Source of the DNA: Leptonemataceae bacterium
Lineage (GTDB): Bacteria > Spirochaetota > Leptospiria > Leptospirales > Leptonemataceae
NCBI GenBank assembly: GCA_965242745.1
Contig: CBDETG010000034.1
Span: forward strand, 17,090 to 81,089
Reading direction: 5' to 3'
Length of the DNA: 64,000 nt
Shown in pieces: positions 47,695-56,829 of this stretch (positions are counted from its first letter, which is position 1; each line of letters opens with the position of its first letter). The notes beneath the pieces were generated by a model. The model saw nothing but the letters and a program-made list of their open reading frames with translations, was not told the DNA's origin and did no database searches. Made by a program: the position numbers and the translations under genes.

Positions 47695-49281
47695 ATGGCA
47701 CAAGAATGTATTCTATCTATAGACCAAGGGACGAGCGGCTCCAGAGTCTATCTCTTGAATAAGAAAGGCAAGGTTCTGGCTAACGAGTATGAAGAGTTCC
47801 CACAGTATTTCCCTCAAGCAGCATGGGTAGAGCATGACCCTGAGGAAATTTGGCTAAGCGTTCAAAGACTCATCCAAAAGGTCCTAAAAAAGAGCGGCCT
47901 CCCTTCAAAGTACATCCATGGCATAGGCATTACAAACCAACGGGAAACAGCAGTTATCTGGGACCGCAAGACAGGGAAGCCCATCTATAGGGCAATAGTA
48001 TGGCAGTGCAGGCGTACAGCTGAGCATTGCGTAAAGCTCATAGAAGGAGGCTATACAGATACCATACATGAGAAAACGGGCCTTTTGATAGACGCATATT
48101 TTTCAGGAACGAAATTCGCATGGATTCTGGATCATGTAGATGGGGCGCATGAGCGGGCAAAGCGCGGAGAACTAGCCGCAGGCACAATTGACTCTTGGCT
48201 CCTTTTTAAGCTTACTGCTGAACATAGCACAGACTATACCAACGCCAGCCGTACTCTCATTTACAATATCAGCAAAAAGGACTGGGACGATGAGCTTCTG
48301 GAAATTTTTGATATACCGCGGGCGATCTTAGCTACTGCGCAATCCAGCCGCAGCCACTTTGGGCAGGTCATCAATGTCTCAGGATTAGAGGGAGTGCCGG
48401 TGCTTGCAATGATGGGAGACCAGCAATCTGCTTTGTTTGGCCAGCTTTGCCATAAAGCTGGCGAGGCAAAAAACACCTATGGCACAGGCGCCTTTCTTTT
48501 GTTTCATACGGGAAATCAGTTTGTTTTAAGTAAATCAGGTATCTTAACTACTCTAGCCTGCAATGAAAATGGCCAAGTTGCCTATGCCTTAGAAGGAGCC
48601 ATTTTCATTGCAGGCGCTGTGATGCAGTGGCTGCGTGACTCTTTGCATTTTTTTAAGCAGGCCTCTGAATCTGAAAAACTGATTGGCGGACTAAGAGAGG
48701 AAAGTGATGGGGTAGTATTCGTTCCTGCCTTTGCTGGCCTAGCTGCTCCTCATTGGGATATGCAGGCCCGAGGCGCTCTTTTTGGTCTTTCGAGAGACAC
48801 TTCTATACAGCATATTGTACGGGCAGCTCTGAAATCCATTGCTTTGCAATCTTATGATCTTGTAGATGCTATGGAAAAAGCGACAAATAAGGAACTTACA
48901 ACGTTGAAGGTGGATGGAGGCGCAACTGCAAATTCCTTTTTGATGCAATACCAGGCTGACATCCTTAATAAAAGGCTTTGCAGAACTGCAAACTTGGATG
49001 CTACTGCTCTAGGATCAGCCTATCTTGCCGGGATACATGCTGGCATCTGGACTTTGGAGGACTTGCACGCATTTCAGGGCAAGGCTACGTTTTTTGAGCC
49101 CAAAATGGAACAAAGCGTGCGCAAAAAAGAGCTCGCATACTGGCGTCAGGGCGTAGAAAGAACAAAGGCTTGGTCAGCTCCAGAGGCCTCTGAGCCTAAA
49201 GGAAAAGAGGCGCAGGCAAAACAAGACTCAAGCGCCGGGGAGAGCCCTGCGCCAGAAGCCCATAAAAAGGCCGCAAAATGA
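47695..49281 (+). CDS. glpK: Glycerol kinase with ~25-aa Lys/Ala/Glu-rich C-terminal tail
   Basis: ILSIDQGTSGSRV, GITNQRETAVIWD, GDQQSALFGQ, VDGGA. Confidence 0.95.
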   Translation: MAQECILSIDQGTSGSRVYLLNKKGKVLANEYEEFPQYFPQAAWVEHDPEEIWLSVQRLIQKVLKKSGLPSKYIHGIGITNQRETAVIWDRKTGKPIYRAIVWQCRRTAEHCVKLIEGGYTDTIHEKTGLLIDAYFSGTKFAWILDHVDGAHERAKRGELAAGTIDSWLLFKLTAEHSTDYTNASRTLIYNISKKDWDDELLEIFDIPRAILATAQSSRSHFGQVINVSGLEGVPVLAMMGDQQSALFGQLCHKAGEAKNTYGTGAFLLFHTGNQFVLSKSGILTTLACNENGQVAYALEGAIFIAGAVMQWLRDSLHFFKQASESEKLIGGLREESDGVVFVPAFAGLAAPHWDMQARGALFGLSRDTSIQHIVRAALKSIALQSYDLVDAMEKATNKELTTLKVDGGATANSFLMQYQADILNKRLCRTANLDATALGSAYLAGIHAGIWTLEDLHAFQGKATFFEPKMEQSVRKKELAYWRQGVERTKAWSAPEASEPKGKEAQAKQDSSAGESPAPEAHKKAAK

Positions 49282-49568
49282 AGCGCAGAGACTCGGAGCG
49301 GGGGTGTCTGCTTTTGTATAAGCTGGATTAACAGCTTTCTCATTTCTTGTATGTCCTGCTTTGTGTCGCTGTGTAAATATGTTATTAGAACAAGCAAGCC
49401 AGTGAAAACGCCTTGTTGGCTTGTCTATCTTGCTTTCTAAGCTATCCAGTCTTTTGCTGAATTCTTGACTCTGGACGTACTCTAAGAAAAAGCCAAGGCC
49501 GACAGCCTTTTGCTTAGCTCTTGCAAGCTGGCAGGCTTTTTTGCGCTGCTGATGCCATGATGACTCAT
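49146..49568 (-). pseudogene. Degenerate member of the Bdr/DUF1640-like family
   Basis: The family blocks GLGFFLEYVQSQ...LESKIDK and ITYLHSDTKQDIQEMRKLLIQLIQKQTPP lie in different frames. The TM segment is largely missing. The open frame runs antisense into the glpK 3' end. Confidence 0.5.
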
Positions 49569-49576
49569 ACGCAAGC

Positions 49577-50323
49577 TTATCTTGTTTTTTGCTTGCTTTG
49601 CTTTTGTATGCTTTGTATAAGCAAGTCAAGCTTTGAGTCTATCTTATCTATGCGTGAGTCTATCTTGTCCATGCGTGAGCCTGTGTCGCTGTGCAGGTAA
49701 AGCATAACAGAGATCATAACAGTAAGGATAGTAGGCATGCCTATTCCCACAATCCATTTTAGCCAGTCAAGGCCAGACTCCACTTTCACAAGCCGGCTTT
49801 CTATATGCAGGAAGCCCTTGTCTACTTTGCGCTCTAAGCCATCGATTCTGCTTGTCTGCGCGTCTACTTTGCGCTCTAAGCCATCGATTCTGCCTGTCTG
49901 CGTGTCTACTTTGCCCTCCAGCTTATCTACTTTGCGCTCTAAGCCATCGATTCTGCTTGTCTGCGCGTCTACTTTGCGCTCTAAGCCATCGATTCTGCTT
50001 GTCTGCGCGTCTACTTTGCGCTCTAAGCCATCGATTCTGCTTGTCTGCGCGTCTACTTTGCGCTCTAAGCCATCGATTCTGCTTGTCTGCGCGTCTACTT
50101 TGCCCTCTAAGCCATCGATTCTGCTTGTCTGCGTGTCTACTTTGCCCTCCAGCTTATCTACTTTGCGCTCTACGCTTGCCAGCTTTTCGCTGCCTGCTTG
50201 ACTCCGTATATACTCTAAGAAAAAGCCAAAGCCCGACGGCGCTTCCTTTTCTGTAAAGCCCTCCTTGCGCTGCCTGCCTGCCTTAGCGCGGGCAGGTGTC
50301 TTTGCTTGTGTCTGTGTTGCCAT
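49577..50323 (-). CDS. Bdr/DUF1640-like coiled-coil membrane protein with 14-aa repeats
   Basis: GFGFFLEYIRSQ, about 7 copies of RIDGLERKVDAQTS, a single TM (IVGIGMPTILTVMISVMLYL), then HSDTGSRMDKIDSRIDKIDSKLDLLIQSIQKQ. Confidence 0.75.
   Translation of the reverse strand: MATQTQAKTPARAKAGRQRKEGFTEKEAPSGFGFFLEYIRSQAGSEKLASVERKVDKLEGKVDTQTSRIDGLEGKVDAQTSRIDGLERKVDAQTSRIDGLERKVDAQTSRIDGLERKVDAQTSRIDGLERKVDKLEGKVDTQTGRIDGLERKVDAQTSRIDGLERKVDKGFLHIESRLVKVESGLDWLKWIVGIGMPTILTVMISVMLYLHSDTGSRMDKIDSRIDKIDSKLDLLIQSIQKQSKQKTR
49821..50175 (-). repeat. Coding tandem repeat, period 42 bp
   Basis: CTACTTTGCGCTCTAAGCCATCGATTCTGCTTGTCTGCGCGT is repeated nearly perfectly, with 21-nt variant half-units near both ends. 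Confidence 0.9.
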
Positions 50324-50357
50324 AATAATAATACCCCTGTCTGTCACAGCAGGCAGT

Positions 50358-50771
50358 CTATCGCTTGCCTGAGTCAGGCACAGACGAGGGTGTCTGCTTT
50401 TGTATAAGCTGGATTAGCAGCTGTCTAATTTCTTGTATGTCTTGCTTTGTGCTTGACTTTAGCTCTGCTATATCTTGCTTGGTGTCCCTTATAGCAAAAA
50501 ACAGCACTGCAAAGCCTATTCCCATAACTGAGAGCACTATTGCAGCCATAGTCATAAGGTTTCTATGACTCCACTTTAGCCAGTCATAGCCAACGCTTAG
50601 CTTTTCATAGACAGTACTTAGCTCGTTTACTTTTTGCTTTAATTCCTGCAATGGACTGGAGGCTCTTGCTTTCTGTTCTTTCTTTTGCATGACAACTGGG
50701 GAATCCTGCCCCCACCTTCCCCAGTAATGAAAAGGCCTATACTGTGCTAGTCTTTTACTATATATAGACAT
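50358..50771 (-). CDS. Bdr/DUF1640-like small membrane protein
   Basis: The first 66 aa are identical to 51297-51713. A TM segment follows, then AELKSSTKQDIQEIRQLLIQLIQKQTP. The start may be the internal MQKKEQK. Confidence 0.65.
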   Translation of the reverse strand: MSIYSKRLAQYRPFHYWGRWGQDSPVVMQKKEQKARASSPLQELKQKVNELSTVYEKLSVGYDWLKWSHRNLMTMAAIVLSVMGIGFAVLFFAIRDTKQDIAELKSSTKQDIQEIRQLLIQLIQKQTPSSVPDSGKR

Positions 50772-50800
50772 ATAAAGTAGCTAAGTGTCAAGAAAAAAAC

Positions 50801-51041
50801 GGCAAATCATAGGCACCTCGTGTGCTCGGGACGCAATGCCTATGATTTGCTCTGGCTTGTTCTAGTATGCAAGGCGCTCGAGCCTCTGCGCCATCCCATA
50901 CTACAAACAAGGTCGCAAAGCTCCTTTCTGTTCCACAAAAAAAGTGCGCCTTAAATCGTAGCAAAGTGTGCACAGCGCACTTTGCGTCCATAAAACGCCT
51001 CATACTACAACTAGGTCTGCATCCTCGTTTTTGTGTCACAA
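50801..51041. repeat. Palindrome-containing intergenic element, copy 1
   Basis: A 14-bp perfect inverted repeat GCAAATCATAGGCA...TGCCTATGATTTGC, then ...CTGCGCCATCCCATACT...CGTTTTTGTGTCACAA. Near-identical to 51743-51982. Confidence 0.85.
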
Positions 51042-51042
51042 C

Positions 51043-51226
51043 GGCAAATCATAGGCATTGGTCTGGCGCGGGCGACATCCATGTCTTAGCGCCAGACTCT
51101 CGCACATCCATGTGCTCGGGATGCAATGCCTATGATTTGCACTGGCTTGTTCTAGTAGGCAGCACACTTGAGCCTCTGCGCCATCCCATACTCCATCAAG
51201 GTTTTCATCTTCGTTTTTGTGTCACA
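51043..51226. repeat. Palindrome-containing intergenic element, copy 2 (diverged, nested hairpin)
   Basis: Same terminal blocks as copy 1. The loop is expanded and contains TCTGGCGC...GCGCCAGA. Confidence 0.8.
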
Positions 51227-51296
51227 AAAAAAGCGCCCGCCTGCGCCGGTCTGCCCGCCACCTGCCTGCGCGCAGGGGCAGGAGCGGATGGCGGGG

Positions 51297-51713
51297 CTAT
51301 TGTATGCCTGTCTGCTTGCCTGAGGCAGGAGCAGGCGGCGGTGTCTGCTTTTGTATAAGCTGGATTAGCAGCTGTCTAATTTCTTGTATGTCTTGCTTTG
51401 TGTTGGCTTCCATCTTGTCTATGCGTGAGTCGAGTCTCGTTTCTATCCTGCCAAGCAAAAACCAAACAAAACCAGCCAACAAAGCTAAGTACGTAAATAC
51501 GTTTCTATGAAAAGACTTTAGCCAGTCATAGCCAACGCTTAGCTTTTCATAGACAGTACTTAGCTCGTTTACTTTTTGCTTTAATTCCTGCAATGGACTG
51601 GAGGCCCTTGCTTTCTGTTCCTTCTTTTGCATGACAACAGGGGAATCCTGCCCCCACCTTCCCCAGTAATGAAAAGGCCTATACTGTGCTAGTCTTTTAC
51701 TATATATAGACAT
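51297..51713 (-). CDS. Bdr/DUF1640-like small membrane protein
   Basis: Paralog of 50358-50771. C-terminus DKMEANTKQDIQEIRQLLIQLIQKQTPP. Confidence 0.65.
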   Translation of the reverse strand: MSIYSKRLAQYRPFHYWGRWGQDSPVVMQKKEQKARASSPLQELKQKVNELSTVYEKLSVGYDWLKSFHRNVFTYLALLAGFVWFLLGRIETRLDSRIDKMEANTKQDIQEIRQLLIQLIQKQTPPPAPASGKQTGIQ

Positions 51714-51742
51714 ATAAAGTAGCTAAGTGTCAAGAAAAAAAC

Positions 51743-51982
51743 GGCAAATCATAGGCACCTCGTGTGCTCGGGACGCAATGCCTATGATTTGCGCTGGCTT
51801 GTTCTAGTATGCAAGGCGCTCGAGCCTCTGCGCCATCCCATACTACAAACAAGGTCGCAAAGCTCCTTTCTGTTCCACAAAAAAAGTGCGCCTTAAATCG
51901 TAGCAAAGTGTGCACAGCGCACTTTGCTTCCACAGACGCCCCATACTACAACTAGGTCTGCATCCTCGTTTTTGTGTCACAA
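51743..51982. repeat. Palindrome-containing intergenic element, copy 3
   Basis: Near-identical to 50801-51041. Confidence 0.85.
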
Positions 51983-51991
51983 AAAGCGGGG

Positions 51992-53737
51992 CTATTGTAT
52001 GCAGGTTTCGCTTGTGATATCGCAGCCGTGCTTTGCTACAGTGCAGAGTTCGGTAGTTATGCCATCGTCTTCGTAGCAGGCAGGGTCGCTGCTGCGTTTT
52101 CTACCGTCGCTTTCGTAGTAGAGTATCCATGTCCTGCGATTGCCGTTGCTTTCGTAGTAGGTGGATTCTTCTTTTTTGGTCACGCCGTCGCCGTAGTAGA
52201 GTACATAAGTCTTCTTCTGAGCGCTGCTTTCGTAGTAGGCGTATTCATACTCTTTTTTGACGCTGTCATTTTGGTAGTCATATTGGTAGAGTATAAATGT
52301 CTTGCGATTGCCATTGTCATGGCAAGTTATGCTTAAATCTGTTTTTGTATCATTATTTATGTCATAATCACCAGCTATGCAGTCTGTCCTCCCACCGCCA
52401 AGCGAAGACTGATCACAGGAAACATCATCATACCAATGCTTAGGCTTAGGACAGCCGTGTTTTTCCAGCGTGCAACTTTCTTCAGTAGTTCTGCCATCAT
52501 ATCCGTAACAGTCAGGGACACGATTGCCGTTGTTGCGGTGGTAGCCTATATATGTCTTGTAATTGCCGTTTTCGTAGTAGGTATATTCAAGGTATTTAGA
52601 TCCTCTCGAGTAGTATATCCATTTCTTAGGATTGCCGTTGCTCTCGTAGTAGGTGTATTCATCGCTTTTTCTGCCATCGCTTCCGTAGAATATAAACGTC
52701 TTACGATTGCCGTTGTTATAGCAAGTTGTGCTCAAATCTGTTTTTGTATCATTATTTATGTCATAATCACCAGCTATGCAGTCTGTCCTTCCACCGCCAA
52801 GCGAAGACTGATCACAGGAATAGTGGTTATAGCCATCATTACTCCTCCACTGATGACAGCCATGTTTTTCCAGCGTGCAACTTTCTTCAGTTCTGCCATC
52901 GTCTTCGTAGCACTTTGAGTCGTGATATCTCGGGGTACCATTGCTGTAGTAGCTTATGGAAGTCTTCCTATAGCCGTTTTCGTAATAGGTACTTTCAGCG
53001 AATTTTGTCACGCCGTCTGCTTGGTAGCTTATAGTGGTCTTGCGATTGCCGTTGCTTTCGTAGTGAGTCTGTTCATAGCTCTTCGTCACGCCGTCTGCTC
53101 GGTAGCTTATAGTGGTCTTGCGATTGCCGTTGCTTTCGTAGTAGGTGGATTCCTCGTCTTTTGTCACGCCGTCTGCTCGGTAGCTTATAGTGGTCTTGCG
53201 ATTGCCGTTGCTTTCGTAGTAGGTGGATTCCTCGTCTTTTGTCACGCCGTCTGCTCGGTAGCTTATAGAAGTCTTGCGATTGCCGTTGCTTTTGTAAAAT
53301 GTATACTCATGGCTAACTCTTAAATCATCCTGACTAGATGAAAACAGATTAAAAAGATTAAAATATGCCTGATAAAGCCTTACAGATTTCCTATTCCCAT
53401 TCGGCCAGCAATCTATACTAAAGTCAAGGACGCCATCGCTATTACTATCATAATCACCCGCCCTGCACTCAAAGTCTCTATCTTCCCCCTTTGGAATAAA
53501 TTGATACGGCAGAAGGAGATCGTCATCAGCAGGCGGTGTGTCCTTAGTAGGCTTATCATCAGCAGGCGGCGTATCGCCAGCAAGCAGGGCGTCATCAGCA
53601 GATGTGTTTTCACCCCCTGCACAGCCCACACAAGCCAACACCGCAAGCATACATAAAAAAATCCTTGCGTTTCTCATCATGCCCGCCAGGCAAAAGGCAG
53701 CTCCCCTATCACTTACAACTTTGTTCATCTTTTTCAT
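51992..53737 (-). CDS. Lipoprotein with 26-aa YYESNGNRKT repeats (MORN/YwqK-like)
   Basis: Lipobox LAVLACVGCAG. The repeat TYYESNGNRKTTISYRADGVTKDEES recurs. Two copies of a Cys-containing GGGRTDCIAGDYDINNDTKTDLS module are present. Confidence 0.75.
   Translation of the reverse strand: MKKMNKVVSDRGAAFCLAGMMRNARIFLCMLAVLACVGCAGGENTSADDALLAGDTPPADDKPTKDTPPADDDLLLPYQFIPKGEDRDFECRAGDYDSNSDGVLDFSIDCWPNGNRKSVRLYQAYFNLFNLFSSSQDDLRVSHEYTFYKSNGNRKTSISYRADGVTKDEESTYYESNGNRKTTISYRADGVTKDEESTYYESNGNRKTTISYRADGVTKSYEQTHYESNGNRKTTISYQADGVTKFAESTYYENGYRKTSISYYSNGTPRYHDSKCYEDDGRTEESCTLEKHGCHQWRSNDGYNHYSCDQSSLGGGRTDCIAGDYDINNDTKTDLSTTCYNNGNRKTFIFYGSDGRKSDEYTYYESNGNPKKWIYYSRGSKYLEYTYYENGNYKTYIGYHRNNGNRVPDCYGYDGRTTEESCTLEKHGCPKPKHWYDDVSCDQSSLGGGRTDCIAGDYDINNDTKTDLSITCHDNGNRKTFILYQYDYQNDSVKKEYEYAYYESSAQKKTYVLYYGDGVTKKEESTYYESNGNRRTWILYYESDGRKRSSDPACYEDDGITTELCTVAKHGCDITSETCIQ
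53022..53300 (-). repeat. Coding tandem repeat, period 78 bp (~3.5 near-perfect copies)
   Basis: GGTAGCTTATAGTGGTCTTGCG recurs at 53022, 53100, 53178 and, with a variant, 53256. Confidence 0.9.
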
Positions 53738-54019
53738 TATCCATTCCTCACTTTACATATAGAAGGCGCACCCTGCCCACAGGAAACTAACTACTAGCGC
53801 AAGGCTAAAAGAGTAACAGGAAAAAGAAAAAGAAACTTGAAAGCTGGGAGCGCTTTGAGTCTTATACAATCAGCCATACTCTTTCTGAGACAAAGGGTTG
53901 GTCAGCATCCTGTTAGTGCTGTTACACTGGCAGGGTGCGCTTTTACTGCCATGTAAAAGAAGGCGTCTTTTTATTGCAAGCAAAAAGTATCGTATGCGAT
54001 TTTCCCGGCGCAGCCTGCG

Positions 54020-56041
54020 CTATAGTATGTCTACCGGGTCACAGTCTATTTCCAGATAATCGTTTTTGGGCAGAGAGAATGCGCCCGCTTCTTTCATGTC
54101 TGCAAGCAATGCTCTGATTCTAGGGAGCTGTGTACTTTTGATCAGAATATGTTCACGGAACTTGTTATGCGTTTTTTCAATAGGGGCAGGCGCCGGGCCT
54201 AAGAGTACTGTGCGCCCCCCCATTGGCTCTATCTTGTTTTCTAAGTCTACAGCCAGATTACGCATAAAGCTGCGTATGCGCTCCTGCTTTGGGCCTCGGC
54301 ATAGCAGGCGTATGATGCGGCTGAAGGGCGGGTAAAATGCGGCTTTGCGTACTGGGAGCTCTGCTTGGTAGAAGCCCGCATAGTCATGGCAGGCAGCTGC
54401 TTGTATGATAGGATGTTCTGGGTTCATACATTCAAAAAAGACCCGCCCGCCTACCTTGCTTCGCCCCGCCCGCCCGGCTGCCTGAGTCAGCAATGCAAAA
54501 GTTTTCTCTGTGGAACGAAAATCAGGCAGGTACAGGCTTTTCTCGGCCTGCAGCACGCCCACAAGGCTTACTTGAGGAGCATCCAAACCACGGGCGATCA
54601 TCTGTGTGCCTACCAATATATCAATCTCCTGAGCAAGAAAACGCAGGAGCGTATCTTCCAAAACAGAGCGTCTGCTGATGGCGTCGCTGTCCAGGCGTTC
54701 TATTCTTGCTTTGGGAAAGTAATGGATCAAAAAATCTTCTAGTTTCTGTATGCCTGTTCCCAGCAAATCAGTAGGGCCTCCATCTGATCCTAGTCCGGTA
54801 TAATCCCTTTGGTAAGAGCAATAATGGCAGATCAACTTCCCATTACGATGCAGATTCAAACTGACTGCGCAGGCAGGGCAGGTCTCTACCTCTTTGCTGT
54901 TTTGGCAGTAGACTTGCGGAAAGTAGCCGCGCCTGTTTAGAAGTAAGATACTCTGCTCTTTCCTGCGCAGATTTGCTCCGAGCTCTTCTAGCAGCATAGG
55001 AGAAATAACCGCTCCTTTATCACGGAGCTCCAGCACTTCTACTTGAGGCAGTTCCTGGCCCTGCGCCCGCTTGCTAAGAATATGATAGGATGAGCTTTGT
55101 TCCAAAGCAGCTTTGGAGATGCGCGTGTGATAAACGCTTTCTACACGCGGGGTAGCTGAGCCCAAGAGAAGCAAGGCTCCGTGCGAGCTGGCTCTTTGCT
55201 GCGCTACCTGCCTGGCGTCATAACGAGGGCTGCTGTGTTCCTTGAAAGAGCTGTCATGCTCTTCATCCAAGATGATGACTCCGAGATGCTGCAGGGGCGC
55301 AAAGACAGCAGAGCGGGTGCCCACGGCAATTCTCTTTTCTCCGCGTAAAACCTGTAAATAGTTTTCAAAGCGCTGCTTTGGCCTAAGGCCTGAGTGCAGG
55401 AGAGCCAGTTGTGAGGAAAAGACCCGCTTCAATCTTTCTATGAGCTGTACGGTAAGGCTGATCTCAGGGACTAAAAACAAAGCGCTTTTCCCCTTCATAA
55501 GCGCATCGCGCAGCAGGTGGATGTAAATCTCTGTTTTGCCGGATCCGGTTATGCCATGGAGCAGCTGGCAGTATCTGCTCCCTTGTTTTCTAAAAGCTGC
55601 CCGTATATCATGATAGGCATTCTCCTGCTCTGTTGTGAGCAGGTAAGGCTCCATAGCAGAGCAAGACGGGGGCGCTTTTCTAGGCGCAAAGGACGTGACT
55701 TTAGGGAACATTTTGAACAAAGCTTCCCCTGGGTTTGCAAGATAGCGCTCTGCCAGCCAATGGGCAAGGGCGATCTGCTCTTGATTGACCAGCGCTTCTG
55801 GGTCTATAGACTGAATTATGCTTTTGATTTTAAGGCCATGCTTTTGGTCCCCGCGCTGATGACTCAGGTCCGGAGGATGAGTGGTAAATTCTTCTATAAT
55901 GGCAGTTTCTGTACGGCTTTGGAAAGGGACATGCACGCGCATTCCTTTTTCTAAAGAGTCTTTATATTCTTCAGGAACCTTGTAGGTATAGCTCTCCGCA
56001 AGAGCTAAGGGCAGCAGCGCCTTTGCATAGAGATCAAACAT
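54020..56041 (-). CDS. priA: Primosomal protein N' (replication restart helicase PriA)
   Basis: Walker A GITGSGKTE, DEEHD, and zinc-finger region CPACAVSLNLHRNGKLICHYCSY. Confidence 0.95.
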   Translation of the reverse strand: MFDLYAKALLPLALAESYTYKVPEEYKDSLEKGMRVHVPFQSRTETAIIEEFTTHPPDLSHQRGDQKHGLKIKSIIQSIDPEALVNQEQIALAHWLAERYLANPGEALFKMFPKVTSFAPRKAPPSCSAMEPYLLTTEQENAYHDIRAAFRKQGSRYCQLLHGITGSGKTEIYIHLLRDALMKGKSALFLVPEISLTVQLIERLKRVFSSQLALLHSGLRPKQRFENYLQVLRGEKRIAVGTRSAVFAPLQHLGVIILDEEHDSSFKEHSSPRYDARQVAQQRASSHGALLLLGSATPRVESVYHTRISKAALEQSSSYHILSKRAQGQELPQVEVLELRDKGAVISPMLLEELGANLRRKEQSILLLNRRGYFPQVYCQNSKEVETCPACAVSLNLHRNGKLICHYCSYQRDYTGLGSDGGPTDLLGTGIQKLEDFLIHYFPKARIERLDSDAISRRSVLEDTLLRFLAQEIDILVGTQMIARGLDAPQVSLVGVLQAEKSLYLPDFRSTEKTFALLTQAAGRAGRSKVGGRVFFECMNPEHPIIQAAACHDYAGFYQAELPVRKAAFYPPFSRIIRLLCRGPKQERIRSFMRNLAVDLENKIEPMGGRTVLLGPAPAPIEKTHNKFREHILIKSTQLPRIRALLADMKEAGAFSLPKNDYLEIDCDPVDIL

Positions 56042-56490
56042 ATAAGGAAGCTATAGGCATAGCTTAAGATACAGCCTTCATAGCAGGGCACAGGAGAGCT
56101 GCGCGCTTTGCCATAATCTCCAAGCCGATTTGCAAATGCAAGATACTCTTGCACGTCCTAGTCAGCAGTACAGCATGGGGAGAAGCTGGGAAACTATATA
56201 CTTGAGCGCAGCAAGTTATGCTGCCTGCCTGCGCTTTTTCCCTGGTGATGGAAATATAAAACTAAAAAATGATTAGCCTGTCAATGTTATAGCAAGTATA
56301 GGCATAGTAAACAATGTAATGTACTTGACGTGCAATGCTTTCCCCTTATTAGTGCCTTAGTCTGGGAAATGCTTCTGTATTTGTTTTTTTATCTTTTTTC
56401 TTTGCTTGCCTCGATCCAAGGCCAGTAAGCAAAGCGCTGTGCTAGTCATGTCTTTTATATCGCAGTATGCGCTAAGCATGGAGCAGACAA

Positions 56491-56563
56491 GCCCTCTTAG
56501 CTCAGTTGGTAGAGCGCATCCATGGTAAGGATGAGGCCACCAGTTCAAACCTGGTAGAGGGCT
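56491..56563 (+). tRNA. tRNA-Thr (anticodon GGT)
   Basis: Hand-folded: acceptor GCCCTCT/AGAGGGC, D arm GCTC-AGTTGGTA-GAGC, anticodon arm CATCC-ATGGTAA-GGATG, T arm ACCAG-TTCAAAC-CTGGT. Confidence 0.9.
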
Positions 56564-56829
56564 CACATTTGTTTGCATAACAGCAAGATAAAAACTGCCG
56601 CTTAACTTTCGTCAAGTTTTGCAAAGCTGCTGCCAAAGTCTCCGCTGCGTATTCTGCATAAAGCCTGCGCTGCAATACTAAGGCGGCTTGTATACTCAAG
56701 CTTTATGCGGACCATAGAGGCGCTGGTATACGATAAAAAACTTGTAAAAAATACTTGTACTCCCCAGTGAAGTTTTAGATAGTAAGCTATATTTTAGTAA
56801 AAGCGCTTTCTGCGTGAAGCTTGACTTGT

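Noticed and set aside
50788-51933. Small ORFs 50788-51039 and 51730-51933 (MEAKCAVHTLLRFKAHFF...) and plus-strand ORF 50867-51358
   Set aside because: They coincide with the palindrome-containing intergenic repeats. Conservation between copies is explained by nucleotide-level duplication, and no start or RBS context is evident.
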